This document shows positions 1-9,739 of a stretch of 60,118 nucleotides of DNA, one piece after another. Under the pieces are notes generated by a model. The model did not search any database. It was not told where the DNA came from and saw only the letters and a list, made by a program, of their open reading frames with translations. The stretch spans positions 1-60,118 of the forward strand of contig JAVYSA010000003.1 of assembly GCA_038729445.1 (NCBI GenBank). The letters run 5' to 3'. Within the stretch, counting starts at the first letter, position 1; every line of letters starts with the position of its first letter. This DNA is from Thermoplasmata archaeon (GTDB lineage: Archaea > Thermoplasmatota > Thermoplasmata > Lutacidiplasmatales > UBA184). The position numbers were made by a program, and so were the translations under genes.

Positions 1-76
1 AAGTAGGGGGCTCCCCGTAGATATACCTCCGTACGACACGGCAGGGGCCCCTCCCGTCCCGGATCGAATGCCCCCC

Positions 77-1066
77 TCACGACCGGGACCCTCGGCGCCA
101 CTTGCCGATCCCGTCCAGCGCCAGGGCGATCGCAAGACCGAAGCCGGCCATGGCGAGGATCGGGAAGACCGCCATCCACCAGAAGAACGGTCCGTCCGGG
201 TAGGTGTAGGCGAGGCAGGTTCCGTTCCCGAGCAGGTAGCCCCACTCCGGAAAGAGGGTCGAGGGGAGCGGAGAGAACGCCGGGAGCATCGGAAGGTAGA
301 GGTTCGCGTTCGAGGTCGTGTACTGGAAGCAGGTCCACCACGGGAACACCGACAGGACGAAGTAGACGACGACGAGGTCGATGGGGAGCTGCGCCAGGAC
401 CGGGTCGAGCACGTTGGGCACGAGGTGGCGGAAGGCGATCCGCCGCCCCGTGGCCCCCGCCGCACGGGCGGCCTCGACGTACGGCCGGCGCGCTTCGCGC
501 CGCGCCTGGTCCCGGACGAGCCGGGCCCCGGTCGGCCAGAGCAGGGCCCCGAACAGGATCACGAAGTAGGGGAGACCGACCCCCCGGGCGAGGGCCAGAG
601 ACAACCCCCCGAAGACGACGAGGAGGAGGAATGGGCCGGGGACCGCGCCCAGCGAGTCGCCCAGGAAGCCGATCGCGTGATCGACCGGCCCGCCCTCCGC
701 AAGGCCAGCCCAGGTGCCCAGGATGAGCGCGAGGGCTCCGTCGATCGCCAGGATCGGCAGGAGGATCGCGAGGTCCCATGGCGTCGCCTGCCACAGGGCG
801 GTGCTCAGGCTGACGCCGAAGGCGGGAAGGACGCCGAATGGCTGCGCGGGGTTCGGCCCGATGATCACGTACGTCGGGACCCATGCCCGGGTCACGGCCA
901 GCGTCCCGAGGTGGGACCCGAACTCGATCAGGGCGCTCAGCGCGAGGCCGACGTAGACCGCGAGCAGGGCCGCTCCGGCCCAGAGCTCCTTCGGCGGCGG
1001 GTTCCGCGCCCAGAGGCTCGGACGGGGCGCGGGAGGGGGGATCGGCCCCGTTGCCGGGGGGCTCAT
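77..1066 (-). CDS. ABC transporter permease, peptide/nickel (DppC/OppC-like) type
   Basis: Trimmed from the listed 764-aa ORF 77..2371. ATG at 1064-1066 (MSPPATGP...) overlaps the upstream permease stop by 4 nt (ATGA). Multiple hydrophobic spans and a permease loop region (...RPYVEAARAAGATGRRIAFRHLVPNVLDPV...). The rest of the listed ORF is R/P/G-rich read-through. Confidence 0.85.
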   Translation of the reverse strand: MSPPATGPIPPPAPRPSLWARNPPPKELWAGAALLAVYVGLALSALIEFGSHLGTLAVTRAWVPTYVIIGPNPAQPFGVLPAFGVSLSTALWQATPWDLAILLPILAIDGALALILGTWAGLAEGGPVDHAIGFLGDSLGAVPGPFLLLVVFGGLSLALARGVGLPYFVILFGALLWPTGARLVRDQARREARRPYVEAARAAGATGRRIAFRHLVPNVLDPVLAQLPIDLVVVYFVLSVFPWWTCFQYTTSNANLYLPMLPAFSPLPSTLFPEWGYLLGNGTCLAYTYPDGPFFWWMAVFPILAMAGFGLAIALALDGIGKWRRGSRS

Positions 1067-2112
1067 GCCGCGGGGGTCCCGCGGGGATCCGCCCGCGCGG
1101 CGAGGAGATCGGTCGCGTAGACGGAGACGAGGACGAGGAGCGCGATCGCGAAGATCAGGCCCTCCACCGCCGGGAGTGCCACCCCCGAGGAGAGGGTCGA
1201 GATGGCGAAGGTCCCGATCCCCGGGTCCCCGAAGAGGGCCTCCACCGCGAACTGCGTCGCGAGGTAGCCGGGGATCGTCAGCGCGAAGAGGAGCCAGAAC
1301 GGCGCCCGGAGCCTCCGGGCCGCATGGCCCCAGTGCAGCCTCCCCTCCGGAATGCCGCGGGCACGGGCGGCCCAGATGTGGACGGACCGGCTCTCGTCGG
1401 CGACGATCGACCGCGCCGGGCGCAGGAACGCCGCGAGGTACACGACCGCGATGGCCACCCCCTGGATGAGGGTCTTCATGGCGGTGGCCGCCTCGAACAG
1501 CCATGCCCCATGGAGGAACCCGTCGACGATCGGGATGCGCGTCGGCGTCGTGTACAGGAGCGGCCCCGTGTCGATGACCCACGGAGGGAATCCCCCGCCG
1601 TAGGTCATCCACCAGGTCGCGGTCGGGATCAGGCCGAAGCCAACGATGTCCCGGAAGATCGCGACGTACGCGAGGAAGAGCGCCGATTCCACCAGGAAGG
1701 CCAGGACGATGACCCCGACGTAGCTCGTGCCCAAGGTGACGAGGCGGGAGGGAAGGTCGGAGCCGGCGCGCGGCCTCCAGCCAGTCGCGAGCGCAAGGTA
1801 GTATCCTCCCGCCGCCGAGATTGGCAGGGCAAAGAGGGCGACCTGGAGCGAGGTCGGGAAGCCGTCGAGGAACTGCTGGAAGTACCCCTGTACAGGGACG
1901 CCGAAGCGGACCGAGGGAGCCCCCCACTGTCCGGTCACGATCCGGAACACCATGGCCGCGAAGCCGGTGAAGAAGGCGGTTCCCGAGAGCCGGTGGGCGG
2001 AGGAGGGTACCTCGAGCCCCACGTAGAGCAGCCAAAGGATCAGGAGAAGCTGCGCGGGGAGGAGCGCGAGGCGAGAGAGGGCATAGTGCAGGAACGGGCG
2101 ACGGGAAGGCAC
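1063..2112 (-). CDS. ABC transporter permease, peptide/nickel (DppB/OppB-like) type
   Basis: 349-aa ORF with six or more hydrophobic segments and a DppB-like N-terminus (FLHYALSRLALLPAQLLLILWLLYVGL). Translationally coupled to the next permease. TATA-like GTAAATC at 2135-2141, about 26 nt upstream of the start. Confidence 0.85.
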   Translation of the reverse strand: MPSRRPFLHYALSRLALLPAQLLLILWLLYVGLEVPSSAHRLSGTAFFTGFAAMVFRIVTGQWGAPSVRFGVPVQGYFQQFLDGFPTSLQVALFALPISAAGGYYLALATGWRPRAGSDLPSRLVTLGTSYVGVIVLAFLVESALFLAYVAIFRDIVGFGLIPTATWWMTYGGGFPPWVIDTGPLLYTTPTRIPIVDGFLHGAWLFEAATAMKTLIQGVAIAVVYLAAFLRPARSIVADESRSVHIWAARARGIPEGRLHWGHAARRLRAPFWLLFALTIPGYLATQFAVEALFGDPGIGTFAISTLSSGVALPAVEGLIFAIALLVLVSVYATDLLAARADPRGTPAA

Positions 2113-2416
2113 GGCGGCCCGACCTCCGTGGCGGGTAAATCGCTTGGCCGGACGCCCCTCTCCGGTGGAGGCGCCATAGATGCGGCGCCCCCTCCCCGGG
2201 GCCTTCCGGGCATCGGCGTCGCCCGCCGGTCTCCGCGCGCCGCCTCGGGCCGCCTTCCGAGGTCCCGGGGCGATCCCGCCGACGAGGAAGGACGGCCCGC
2301 GAACGCGTGGGATCCCGCGCCGGGGTCCTCCCGTGCGGTCCGTGGCCGGCGGGCCCTCGGGAGCTAGGCACTTATGTATGCGCTACACCGTACCATGCTA
2401 TGGGCTCTCTCGAAGC

Positions 2417-4927
2417 ATGGCGGGGAAGCGCATCGTCACCTGGCGGAGGGTTCTGCTCGCATCTGTCGCCGCAATCCTCTGTGCCTCGGTCCCGATCCCC
2501 GCCGCGGGCGTCGCCTCTCCGGGCCTCGGGGCGGCCGGGAGCCTCCGCAGTTCCGGGACGGCGGACGTGGCAGGGGAGACCGCCCCGGCCGGGCCGGTGC
2601 CCGAATCGTATGGGCCGGTGGGATACAACCTGACGTTCCTCGATCCGCTCGAATCCCAAGGCACCCCGGGCCCCGGCGCGCCCGTCGACGGGCTCGGGGC
2701 GATGGCCGTCGACCCGATCACCGACACCCTGTTCGTCGCGACGTCCGACGGGGTCGCCGCGGTCTCGCTTCCCTCGGGCGCCCTCGAGGCCTCGGCGGCC
2801 CTTCCCGGGGCATCCACGGCGCCATCGGTCTCCCTCTCTCCCTCCCGCCCCGTCACGGGACTCGCCTTCGTCTCGTCACAGGACGAGCTGTGGGCCGCCG
2901 GTGCCGACGGCTCGCTCTGGATCCTCGATCCGACCACCCTGGCCGTCGAGGGGGAGATCCCGCTCGCCTCCGGCCTCGGGGGGATGGTCTGGTCCCCCGT
3001 CACGGACCGCCTCTACGTCGCGGTCGGGAGCCTCGGGGAGGTGGCGGCGGTCGATGTCTTCCACCGCTCGGTCGTCGGCGCGTTCCCGACGCAGGTCGGC
3101 ACGGAGTACATGGCCTACGACCCGGCCGACGATCGGCTGTTCATCGTGGAGGGCGACCCCTTCGCCGCCCACGGTGACTCGGTCGAGATCGTCGACCTGT
3201 CGAACGGCTCGATCGCCGGGTTCACCCCGGTCGGGATCTTCCCCGGATGGATCACCTACGTCGACGGGTTCGTCGCGGTGGTGAACGAGAATGCCTTCAC
3301 GGCAAATCCCGCGAACGTCTCGATCCTCGAGGCATCGACGGGCCGCCTCCTCGGCAACGTCACGATCGGCAACAGCCCCGTCGGGATCGAGGCCGATGTG
3401 TCGGCCGGGACGGTCTGGGTGCCACTCGCCGGGAACGCGAGTTCCCCCGCCCCCCGGATCGTGGCGATCGACCCCACGACGCTCTCCCTTGTCGGCCAGG
3501 CCCTGCTCCTTCCTTCCCCGGTCGGCATCGCCTACGATCCGTCGGGGCCCAGTGTGATCGTCTCGAGCTCCTCGATCGCGACGCTCTCCGTCATCCCGGC
3601 GGCGCAGGCGATCCCCGGGCCGGTTCGGACGGTGCCGATCGCCAGCGAGCCGATCACGCCGGCGTGTGACGCCTCCCTCGGCCGCTGCTACGTCACCGAC
3701 CTCTCCCGGGCGGCGATCGACGTCGTCTCGGCGGTCGACGGCTCCCTCCTCGGCACGGTGCCGGCCCAGCTGGAGCCGTGGGGGATCGCGCTCGACCCGG
3801 CGCTCGGGATCGGTCTGGCCAGCGACGCGGGCGCGGGCAACCTGACGGTCTTCTCCCTGGCGAACGACAGCGTGATCGCGACGGTGCCAGTGGGGCCCTC
3901 GCCGCGCGGGATCGCGGTCGACCCCGCGTCCCACCGCGCCTTCGTCGCGCTCCAGGGAGCGGACATGCTGGCGGTCCTCAACCTGACGACGCTCGCGTTG
4001 GTCCGCTCGATCCCGGTCGGCGCCTCCCCGTTCGCCGTCGCGTACCTCGCCGGCGCGGGAGAGATCGCGGTCACGGACCTCGATTCCGACAACGTCACCC
4101 TGGTCTCGGCCCGCACCTTGGCGCCGGTCGCATCGGTGCCGGTCGGCAGCCGCCCGTCCGGCCTCGCCTACGACCCGGAGGACGGCCGGCTCTACGTGGC
4201 GAACAGCGGCCTGTTCGCGCCGTCTCCGTCGGACAACGTGACCGTTGTCTCCGTCCCGAACGGGACGCTCGTCGGGTCCCTGGCCGTTCCGTACGATCCG
4301 GCGGGGGTCGCGTGGGATCCCGCGGGGAACCTCCTGCTCGTCACGAGCCTCGAGAACGCCTCCCTCTCGGTCCTCACGTTGCCGGGAGGCGGCGTCGCCA
4401 CCTCGGTCCGGGTGGGGCTGGCGGCGGTGTACGTCGCGGTCGACAACGTGACCGGCGGGGCGATCGTGTGCGATGCCCTCGGCAACACGGTCGCGTTCCT
4501 CACGCCGAGCGAGTATGCCGTCCGGTTCGTCCCCGTCGCCCCGGCCGCGCTCGTCGGGGCCAACTGGACGGTCACCCTCGGCGGCGTCTCCCAGGCCGGG
4601 ACCTCGGCCGTCGAGTTCTCGGTGCCGAACGGCACCTACGCCTACTCCATCGGGACCCCCGCCGGGGTCGTCGCCAAGCCCGAGAACGGGACCCTGGTGG
4701 TCGACGGACGCTCCGTGGCCGAGCTGGTCCAGCTCGTCGGCCCCCGCAACGCCACCACCGCCCCCTCAACCGGCCTCCCCTCGCCCGGGGAGTGGCTGGC
4801 GGGGGCCGTGGGCGCAATCGCCGGGGCGGGGGCGGTGGGGCTGGCCCGGTTCCTGCGACGGCCACGGCCCCGCGGCCCTTCCCCGCCCATCCCGGAAGCG
4901 CCCCCGCCCTCCCCCCCGGGGCACTAG
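2417..4927 (+). CDS. YVTN-type beta-propeller repeat surface protein with C-terminal membrane anchor
   Basis: Start trimmed to ATG 2417 (MAGKRIVTWRRVLLASVAAILCASVPIPAAG, signal-like). Repeated units such as PRGIAVDPASHRAFVA, PSGLAYDPEDGRLYVANSG, PAGVAWDPAGNLLLVT and PVGIAYDPSGPSVIV. Many N-x-S/T sequons. C-terminal TM (WLAGAVGAIAGAGAVGLARFL) plus a basic tail. Confidence 0.8.
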   Translation: MAGKRIVTWRRVLLASVAAILCASVPIPAAGVASPGLGAAGSLRSSGTADVAGETAPAGPVPESYGPVGYNLTFLDPLESQGTPGPGAPVDGLGAMAVDPITDTLFVATSDGVAAVSLPSGALEASAALPGASTAPSVSLSPSRPVTGLAFVSSQDELWAAGADGSLWILDPTTLAVEGEIPLASGLGGMVWSPVTDRLYVAVGSLGEVAAVDVFHRSVVGAFPTQVGTEYMAYDPADDRLFIVEGDPFAAHGDSVEIVDLSNGSIAGFTPVGIFPGWITYVDGFVAVVNENAFTANPANVSILEASTGRLLGNVTIGNSPVGIEADVSAGTVWVPLAGNASSPAPRIVAIDPTTLSLVGQALLLPSPVGIAYDPSGPSVIVSSSSIATLSVIPAAQAIPGPVRTVPIASEPITPACDASLGRCYVTDLSRAAIDVVSAVDGSLLGTVPAQLEPWGIALDPALGIGLASDAGAGNLTVFSLANDSVIATVPVGPSPRGIAVDPASHRAFVALQGADMLAVLNLTTLALVRSIPVGASPFAVAYLAGAGEIAVTDLDSDNVTLVSARTLAPVASVPVGSRPSGLAYDPEDGRLYVANSGLFAPSPSDNVTVVSVPNGTLVGSLAVPYDPAGVAWDPAGNLLLVTSLENASLSVLTLPGGGVATSVRVGLAAVYVAVDNVTGGAIVCDALGNTVAFLTPSEYAVRFVPVAPAALVGANWTVTLGGVSQAGTSAVEFSVPNGTYAYSIGTPAGVVAKPENGTLVVDGRSVAELVQLVGPRNATTAPSTGLPSPGEWLAGAVGAIAGAGAVGLARFLRRPRPRGPSPPIPEAPPPSPPGH

Positions 4928-5035
4928 CCGAGGATCCGCGCCGCCGGCGACCCAACGCCGGTCCTCCTTCCCGGAGGCCTCGGTCAAGCGGGGTTCACCA
5001 AGGGTCTATCGGACCGGATCCGGCTGGGCGTTGCG

Positions 5036-5410
5036 GTGAGCCGTATGGGGCACATGACCGAGAAGCTCGACGAGTTCCGATCGCTGATCGCCACCCTCCA
5101 GAAGGAGTACCCGGAAGAGGTCGGGGGGTTCCTGGCCTTCATGAAGAAGGCCGAGGGTGGCCCGGCGCTGTCCGCGAAGGAGAAGGAGATCATCAGCGTC
5201 GCACTGGCGGTCGCCGCGCAGTGCGAGTGGTGCATCGCCTTCCACGTCTCCGCCGCGGCATCGCTGGGCGCGACCCGGCACCAGCTCATGGAGGCCGGAT
5301 TCGTCGCCGTGGTCATGCACGGGGGACCGGCGCTGACGTACCTCAAGCCCCTGGCCGACGCGGTGAACGAGATGCTCCCTCCGGAGCCCGCGTCCCGGTC
5401 CGTCGGGTGA
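5036..5410 (+). CDS. Carboxymuconolactone decarboxylase / AhpD-like family protein
   Basis: 124-aa ORF with the AhpD-type CxxC context (LSAKEKEIISVALAVAAQCEWCIAFHV). The start could be GTG 5036, ATG 5045 or ATG 5054. Confidence 0.8.
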   Translation: MSRMGHMTEKLDEFRSLIATLQKEYPEEVGGFLAFMKKAEGGPALSAKEKEIISVALAVAAQCEWCIAFHVSAAASLGATRHQLMEAGFVAVVMHGGPALTYLKPLADAVNEMLPPEPASRSVG

Positions 5411-5524
5411 GCCGACGCCGCCTCTCCCTCTCCCCCCGCGGGTGGGCGACCGGCCGGGACCCGCCGGGCCCCCTTCCTGCGCGGGGATCTGGGGATCCGG
5501 ACCGCCTTGTCGCGCGGATCCGGC

Positions 5525-8023
5525 CTAGTGCATGGTACCGGGGGGAGTCCCGGCGCGCCGCTCGCGGAGCAGCCAGACCTTGACGAGGTCGTTGACCCCG
5601 AGGGCGAAGACGGCGACCCATGCGACGACCAGGAGGGTCACCGGCAGGGGGACCGCGGCGAGGTACGGGATCCCGACCGTCACGAGGACCGTGATCGCCG
5701 CGAGGTCCGCGATGCAGGCGAGGAGGAGCTCCCGCCCCGGCCGGCGGACGAAGAATGGCCGCTCGCTCCGGACGGAGAGCACGGTGAAGATCCCGAAGTA
5801 GAACAGGACCTCGAAGCCCACGGTGGTGAGCGTGGAGGAGGCGGCCATCGCCGCCGGGGCCACGTCCTCTAGGAGCCCGAGGAGGCCGAGGGACTGGACG
5901 AGGACCAGCGTGCCGACGACCGCCCCGGTCCGGAAGAGCGGACCCATCCGCCAGCTGGCCGGCCGGTCCGAACCCCGGACGGTGTCGGTCGCCAGTGCGA
6001 TCGTGACGAAGTCGACCGTCAGGAGCAGGAGCACGACGTCGAAGGTGTCGACCACGAAACGGCCCAGGAGGAGGAAGGCGACCACGACGAAGACCGCGAT
6101 CTGGAAGGTCTTGACGATCTTGCTGAGCACCCAGGTCACGACCCTCTGATGGATCTCCCGGCCGATCCGGACCATCCGGACCATCGGCTCGAGCCCGGGG
6201 GCCGTGAGGACCGCGCTCGCCGACGCCTTGGCGACGTCCGTCGCGCTGCTCACGGCGATCCCCACCTCGGCCTGCGCGAGCGCCGGGGCGTCGTTGACCC
6301 CGTCCCCCGTCATCCCCACGAGGTGGCCCCGGGACTGGAGGGCCCGTACGATGCCGTACTTGTCCTCGGGAAAGACCCGCGAGAACCCGTCCGCGCGCTC
6401 CGCGGCGAGGCCGGCCTCCGGTAGCCCTCGGGGGACGGTGCGCCGGAACTCCTCCCCGTCAAGGATCCGGGAGCCCAGCCCGACCTCCCCCGCCACGTGC
6501 CGGGCGACCGCTTGGGAATCTCCGGTGAGCATCTTGACCCCGACGCCTTGGCCCCGCAGCTCCTCGATCAGCGCCCGGGCGTCCGGCCGGGGTGGGTCCT
6601 GGATCCCCGCCCAGCCGACCAGCTCCCATGGGCCGTCCCCCTTCCGCCGGGCCACGGCCAGCGAGCGGAGCCCTCGACCCGCCAGGGCGGCGACCCGGTC
6701 TTCGACCGCCTGCCGTTCGGGTTCCGGGAGGCCTGCGAGCTCGGCCAGTGTCCCCGGTGATCCCTTGGCGACCGTCAGGCGGTCCGCTCCTGTCCCGAAG
6801 ACCGCCTCGGTCCGCCGGGTGGCCGGGTCGAACGGAACGAACCGGTCGGCCGGAGGGAGAGGCGGGCCGGGCGCGCGCCGGGCCGCCTCCAGGAACGCCT
6901 GGTCGAGGGGATCCTCGTCCGCCTCCGAGGAGGCCATCGCGCCCAGCCGGAGAACCTCCTCCGGGGAGAATCCGGCCCGGGGCTCGGCGGTGACGATCTC
7001 CGCGCGGTTCTGCGTCAGGGTGCCGGTCTTGTCCGTCAGGAGGAGGTCCATGCTGGCGGCGTCCTCGCTGGCATTGAGCCGTGTGACGAGGACCCCCTGG
7101 CGCACGAGCTCGATGGAGCCCAGCGCGGTGGCGACGGTGAACATCGCCGGCAGAGCGACCGGGATCGCGGAGATGAGCAGGACGAGCATCAGCGGGAGGA
7201 GGGGAAGGAGGGGGATTCGCTCGACAGCCGCCACCGCGAAGCCGAGCGCGAGGAACACGCCGACGATCGCGAGGAGCCAGCGGACGAGCCGGTTCGTCAC
7301 CTCCGTCACGTGGAACCGGGGGTGGGCGGATCGCACCAGCGTGACCGTCCGGCCGAACGTCGTGGACGGGCCCGTGAGGACCACGACGCCGGTCCCCTCC
7401 CCCCGGCGCAGGATCGAGCCGGAGAGGACCAGGTCCGATGGCCCCTTCTCGACCGTCGCGGACTCCCCGGTCAGGGCCGATTCGTCGGCCTCCATCCGCC
7501 CCGTCCCCAGCTTCACGTCCGCCGGGGCCATGTCCCCGGCCCGGAGGCGCACGATGTCGCCGGGGACGAGCTCGCGGGCCGGCACGGCCCCCCAGGCACC
7601 CCCCCGGAGCACCCGGGCACGGACCTCGAGGCGTTGCCGGAGGAGGGCCAGGGCCCTGCCGGCCCGCCAGTCTTGGGTGAACCCCAGCGTGGCGTTGAAG
7701 AGGAGCAGGAGGACGATGATCACGGCATCGACGGTGTTGCCCAAGGCTCCGGCGAGGACGGCGGTCAGCTCCAGCATCCACGCCGTCGGACCCCAGAACT
7801 GACGCAGGAAGCGGAGGACCGGTGGCGTGGGTCGGTCGGCGACCTCGTTGAATCCGCTCCGGGCCCGACGGAGGGTGACCTCCTCCGCCGAGAGTCCCCG
7901 GTCCGGGTCCACGCCGAGCGCCGCCGTGGCCTCCGCGAAGGAGAGCCTGTTCCAGCGGTTCCCTTTCTCCGCGGGGGTCGTGCCGTGCGGGGGGGTCGGG
8001 CCCTCCTTCGGCGCTCCGCTCAT
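5525..8023 (-). CDS. P-type cation-transporting ATPase, plasma-membrane H+-ATPase-like (P3A)
   Basis: 832 aa with the motifs LTGESATVEKG, LLTDKTGTLTQN (phosphorylation site) and MTGDGVNDAPALAQA. N-terminus GLSAEEVTLRRARSGFNEV and about 10 TM segments. Confidence 0.93.
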   Translation of the reverse strand: MSGAPKEGPTPPHGTTPAEKGNRWNRLSFAEATAALGVDPDRGLSAEEVTLRRARSGFNEVADRPTPPVLRFLRQFWGPTAWMLELTAVLAGALGNTVDAVIIVLLLLFNATLGFTQDWRAGRALALLRQRLEVRARVLRGGAWGAVPARELVPGDIVRLRAGDMAPADVKLGTGRMEADESALTGESATVEKGPSDLVLSGSILRRGEGTGVVVLTGPSTTFGRTVTLVRSAHPRFHVTEVTNRLVRWLLAIVGVFLALGFAVAAVERIPLLPLLPLMLVLLISAIPVALPAMFTVATALGSIELVRQGVLVTRLNASEDAASMDLLLTDKTGTLTQNRAEIVTAEPRAGFSPEEVLRLGAMASSEADEDPLDQAFLEAARRAPGPPLPPADRFVPFDPATRRTEAVFGTGADRLTVAKGSPGTLAELAGLPEPERQAVEDRVAALAGRGLRSLAVARRKGDGPWELVGWAGIQDPPRPDARALIEELRGQGVGVKMLTGDSQAVARHVAGEVGLGSRILDGEEFRRTVPRGLPEAGLAAERADGFSRVFPEDKYGIVRALQSRGHLVGMTGDGVNDAPALAQAEVGIAVSSATDVAKASASAVLTAPGLEPMVRMVRIGREIHQRVVTWVLSKIVKTFQIAVFVVVAFLLLGRFVVDTFDVVLLLLTVDFVTIALATDTVRGSDRPASWRMGPLFRTGAVVGTLVLVQSLGLLGLLEDVAPAAMAASSTLTTVGFEVLFYFGIFTVLSVRSERPFFVRRPGRELLLACIADLAAITVLVTVGIPYLAAVPLPVTLLVVAWVAVFALGVNDLVKVWLLRERRAGTPPGTMH

Positions 8024-8086
8024 GGTTCGACGGCGCCCCCTTCCCGGCGCACCCCTCGTTCGGATACACGGAAGGGTGAGAAAGCG

Positions 8087-8395
8087 CTACCCTCTCCGCG
8101 CGCCGGGGTCGGTGGACTGGATGGCCCAAGTACTCGAGCGGTCTCGGCCGCACCCTGAGCCGGACCGCATGGAAGGCGGTGGTCCCGCCGCGGATTGCCG
8201 CTGCCTTCTCCGTCCGGACGCGAGCGGTCGGAGCCCGCCATCATACGCCTCGAGTTCGTACGCGAGGGCCGGGCCTGAGTCCACCACGGTCCCGCCGGCG
8301 CGGTCCTTTGGGTCAGCCCTGACCCACCACGATCCGCACTCATGCTCGGGGCAACCCTGCCCAAGTACCAGAATCGTTCCATCGGCGCCGCCCAT
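8087..8395 (-). pseudogene. Possible N-terminal stub of an unknown gene
   Basis: ATG at 8395 is preceded by GAGGAAATGAC. The first ~55 aa look protein-like (MGGADGTILVLGQGCPEHECGSWWVRADPKDRAGGTVVDSGPALAYELEAYDGG). The remainder is R/G/S-rich run-on. No family recognised. Confidence 0.2.
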
Positions 8396-8454
8396 GTCAT
8401 TTCCTCGCGCATCGACCTCCCAAAGTCCCGAGGGATGCCCGAGATTGAGGGGCC

Positions 8455-8748
8455 ATGCCCGGGCTGACACAGGAAGAGGAGGCGTTCTACGATGCGCTCA
8501 TCGCTGCCGACGGAACTGCCGTTGACGTTCTGGGCGAGCCCTCGCTTCGAGAGATCGCGAAGCAGCTTGTCGAGACCGTGCGGAAGAACGTCAGCATCGA
8601 TTGGACCGTCAAGGAGACGGTGCGAGCGAAGCTACGGCTCTACGACAAGCGGGTTCTGAAGGAGCGAGGGTATCCTCCCCGTGGGCAAGACGCGGCAACG
8701 CAGACGGTGCTTCAGCAGGCGGAGTTGCTTTGTGCAGGATGGACGTAG
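8455..8748 (+). pseudogene. hsdR: Type I restriction enzyme R subunit (HsdR), C-terminal relic only
   Basis: The 97-aa ORF matches the conserved HsdR C-terminal tail pattern: [12 protein letters not shown]...[68 protein letters not shown]. An in-frame TGA lies at 8446-8448. No helicase or nuclease part and no hsdM/hsdS in the window. Confidence 0.75.
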
Positions 8749-8788
8749 TGCGGCGGGCGTGAAGGAGTCCGAAGCAGAGAAGGACCTA

Positions 8789-9694
8789 ATGCGGGCCCTT
8801 CAGGCGAGGCGCGAGAGTCGCCGGATTGATTTCAAGGCGACATTCGACCCTTCCCGAACCTCCGACTGGTGTGAGATCGTGAAGGATATCCTTGCCATGG
8901 CAAACTCTGGAGGGGGGTGCCTGGTGTTCGGGGTCCGAGACGACGGGAATCCAGCCGAGGGCTCCGTGGAGGCGGTGCTCGCGCTTGACCCGGCCCAGAT
9001 TACTGAGAAGGTGTCAAAGTACACAGGGGTCGACTTCGACGGCTTCGAGATTCACGAAGGCCAGCGTGATGGCAAGAAGGTCGCAATCTTGAGGGTCGCG
9101 GCCACGTACCTCCCGATTCCATTCGCGAGGGCAGGAAACTACGATAGGGGTGACGGCAAGCAATCCACTGCATTCCAGCCTGGGACGACATATTTCCGTC
9201 ACGGAGCCAAGAGCGCGCCAGGTACCGCCGAAGACATCCGACACAGCGTAGAGCGCGAGGTTGACCGCCAGCGGCGAGCGTGGCTTGGTGGCATCAAGAA
9301 GGTGATTGCCGCTCCTCCCGGCCACCGAGTCGAGGTCATTCCTCCCGATGCGGTAGTGAACGGGCGAACTGCAAATGGAGCGGTCCGACTAACGAGTGAC
9401 CCTGCCGCCCCTGCTGTCAAGCGTCTACACCCAGACGATACCCACCCCTTCCGTCGAAAGGAGGTGGTCGCCGAGGTAAATTCAAGACTTTTAGGGAGAG
9501 CCACCGTAACCACGTACGACATCCGACGGGTAAGGGACGTCTACGCCATCGACGACGGCAGTCACCCCGACTTCTATTATGAGTCGAAGTACGCCTCCCC
9601 TCAGTACAGCGGTTCTTTCGTCGACTGGGTAGTCCACCAGTTCGAACGAAACTCGACGTTCTTTTCGGAGGCGCGCATGGGTCGGCGAGTATAG
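8789..9694 (+). CDS. AlbA_2 / Schlafen-like (divergent AAA-4, putative nucleic-acid binding) domain protein with an uncharacterised C-terminal half
   Basis: N-terminal pattern typical of AlbA_2: ESRRIDFKATFDP...IVKDILAMANSGGGCLVFGVRDDG...ILRV. The C-terminal ~150 aa were not recognised. Start is ATG 8789 (alternatives GTG 8759, ATG 8681). Codon usage is more AT-rich than in neighbours. Confidence 0.75.
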   Translation: MRALQARRESRRIDFKATFDPSRTSDWCEIVKDILAMANSGGGCLVFGVRDDGNPAEGSVEAVLALDPAQITEKVSKYTGVDFDGFEIHEGQRDGKKVAILRVAATYLPIPFARAGNYDRGDGKQSTAFQPGTTYFRHGAKSAPGTAEDIRHSVEREVDRQRRAWLGGIKKVIAAPPGHRVEVIPPDAVVNGRTANGAVRLTSDPAAPAVKRLHPDDTHPFRRKEVVAEVNSRLLGRATVTTYDIRRVRDVYAIDDGSHPDFYYESKYASPQYSGSFVDWVVHQFERNSTFFSEARMGRRV

Positions 9695-9739
9695 TCCGAA
9701 CCGTGGGCCTGCCTCAAACGGGAGACTCGGCTCCGTGAG

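Noticed and set aside
1067-2371. The N-terminal 434 aa of the listed 764-aa ORF 77..2371.
   Set aside because: This part lies on the same strand as the real permease gene 1063..2112 but in a different frame, and it is R/P/G-rich. The true permease starts at ATG 1066, coupled (ATGA) to the upstream permease stop.
8254-8261. A fourth exact copy of the respiratory 8-mer (as GTTCGTAC), inside the islet. There is also a GTCGTAC...TATATC look-alike on the minus strand at 20-37, at the window edge.
   Set aside because: The 8254 copy has no adjacent GATAT-type box or downstream gene, and about one chance copy per window is expected. The edge copy has different spacing and its target gene, if any, lies outside the window. 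Neither is counted as evidence.
9692-9694. The in-frame TAG between the AlbA_2 ORF and the HTH-like ORF as a possible pyrrolysine or read-through codon.
   Set aside because: TAG is used as an ordinary stop by several confident genes here (for example 4925-4927, 35104-35106, 53139-53141). No pyl genes or methylamine methyltransferases are present, and the organism looks aerobic. A nonsense mutation or a chance juxtaposition is more likely.
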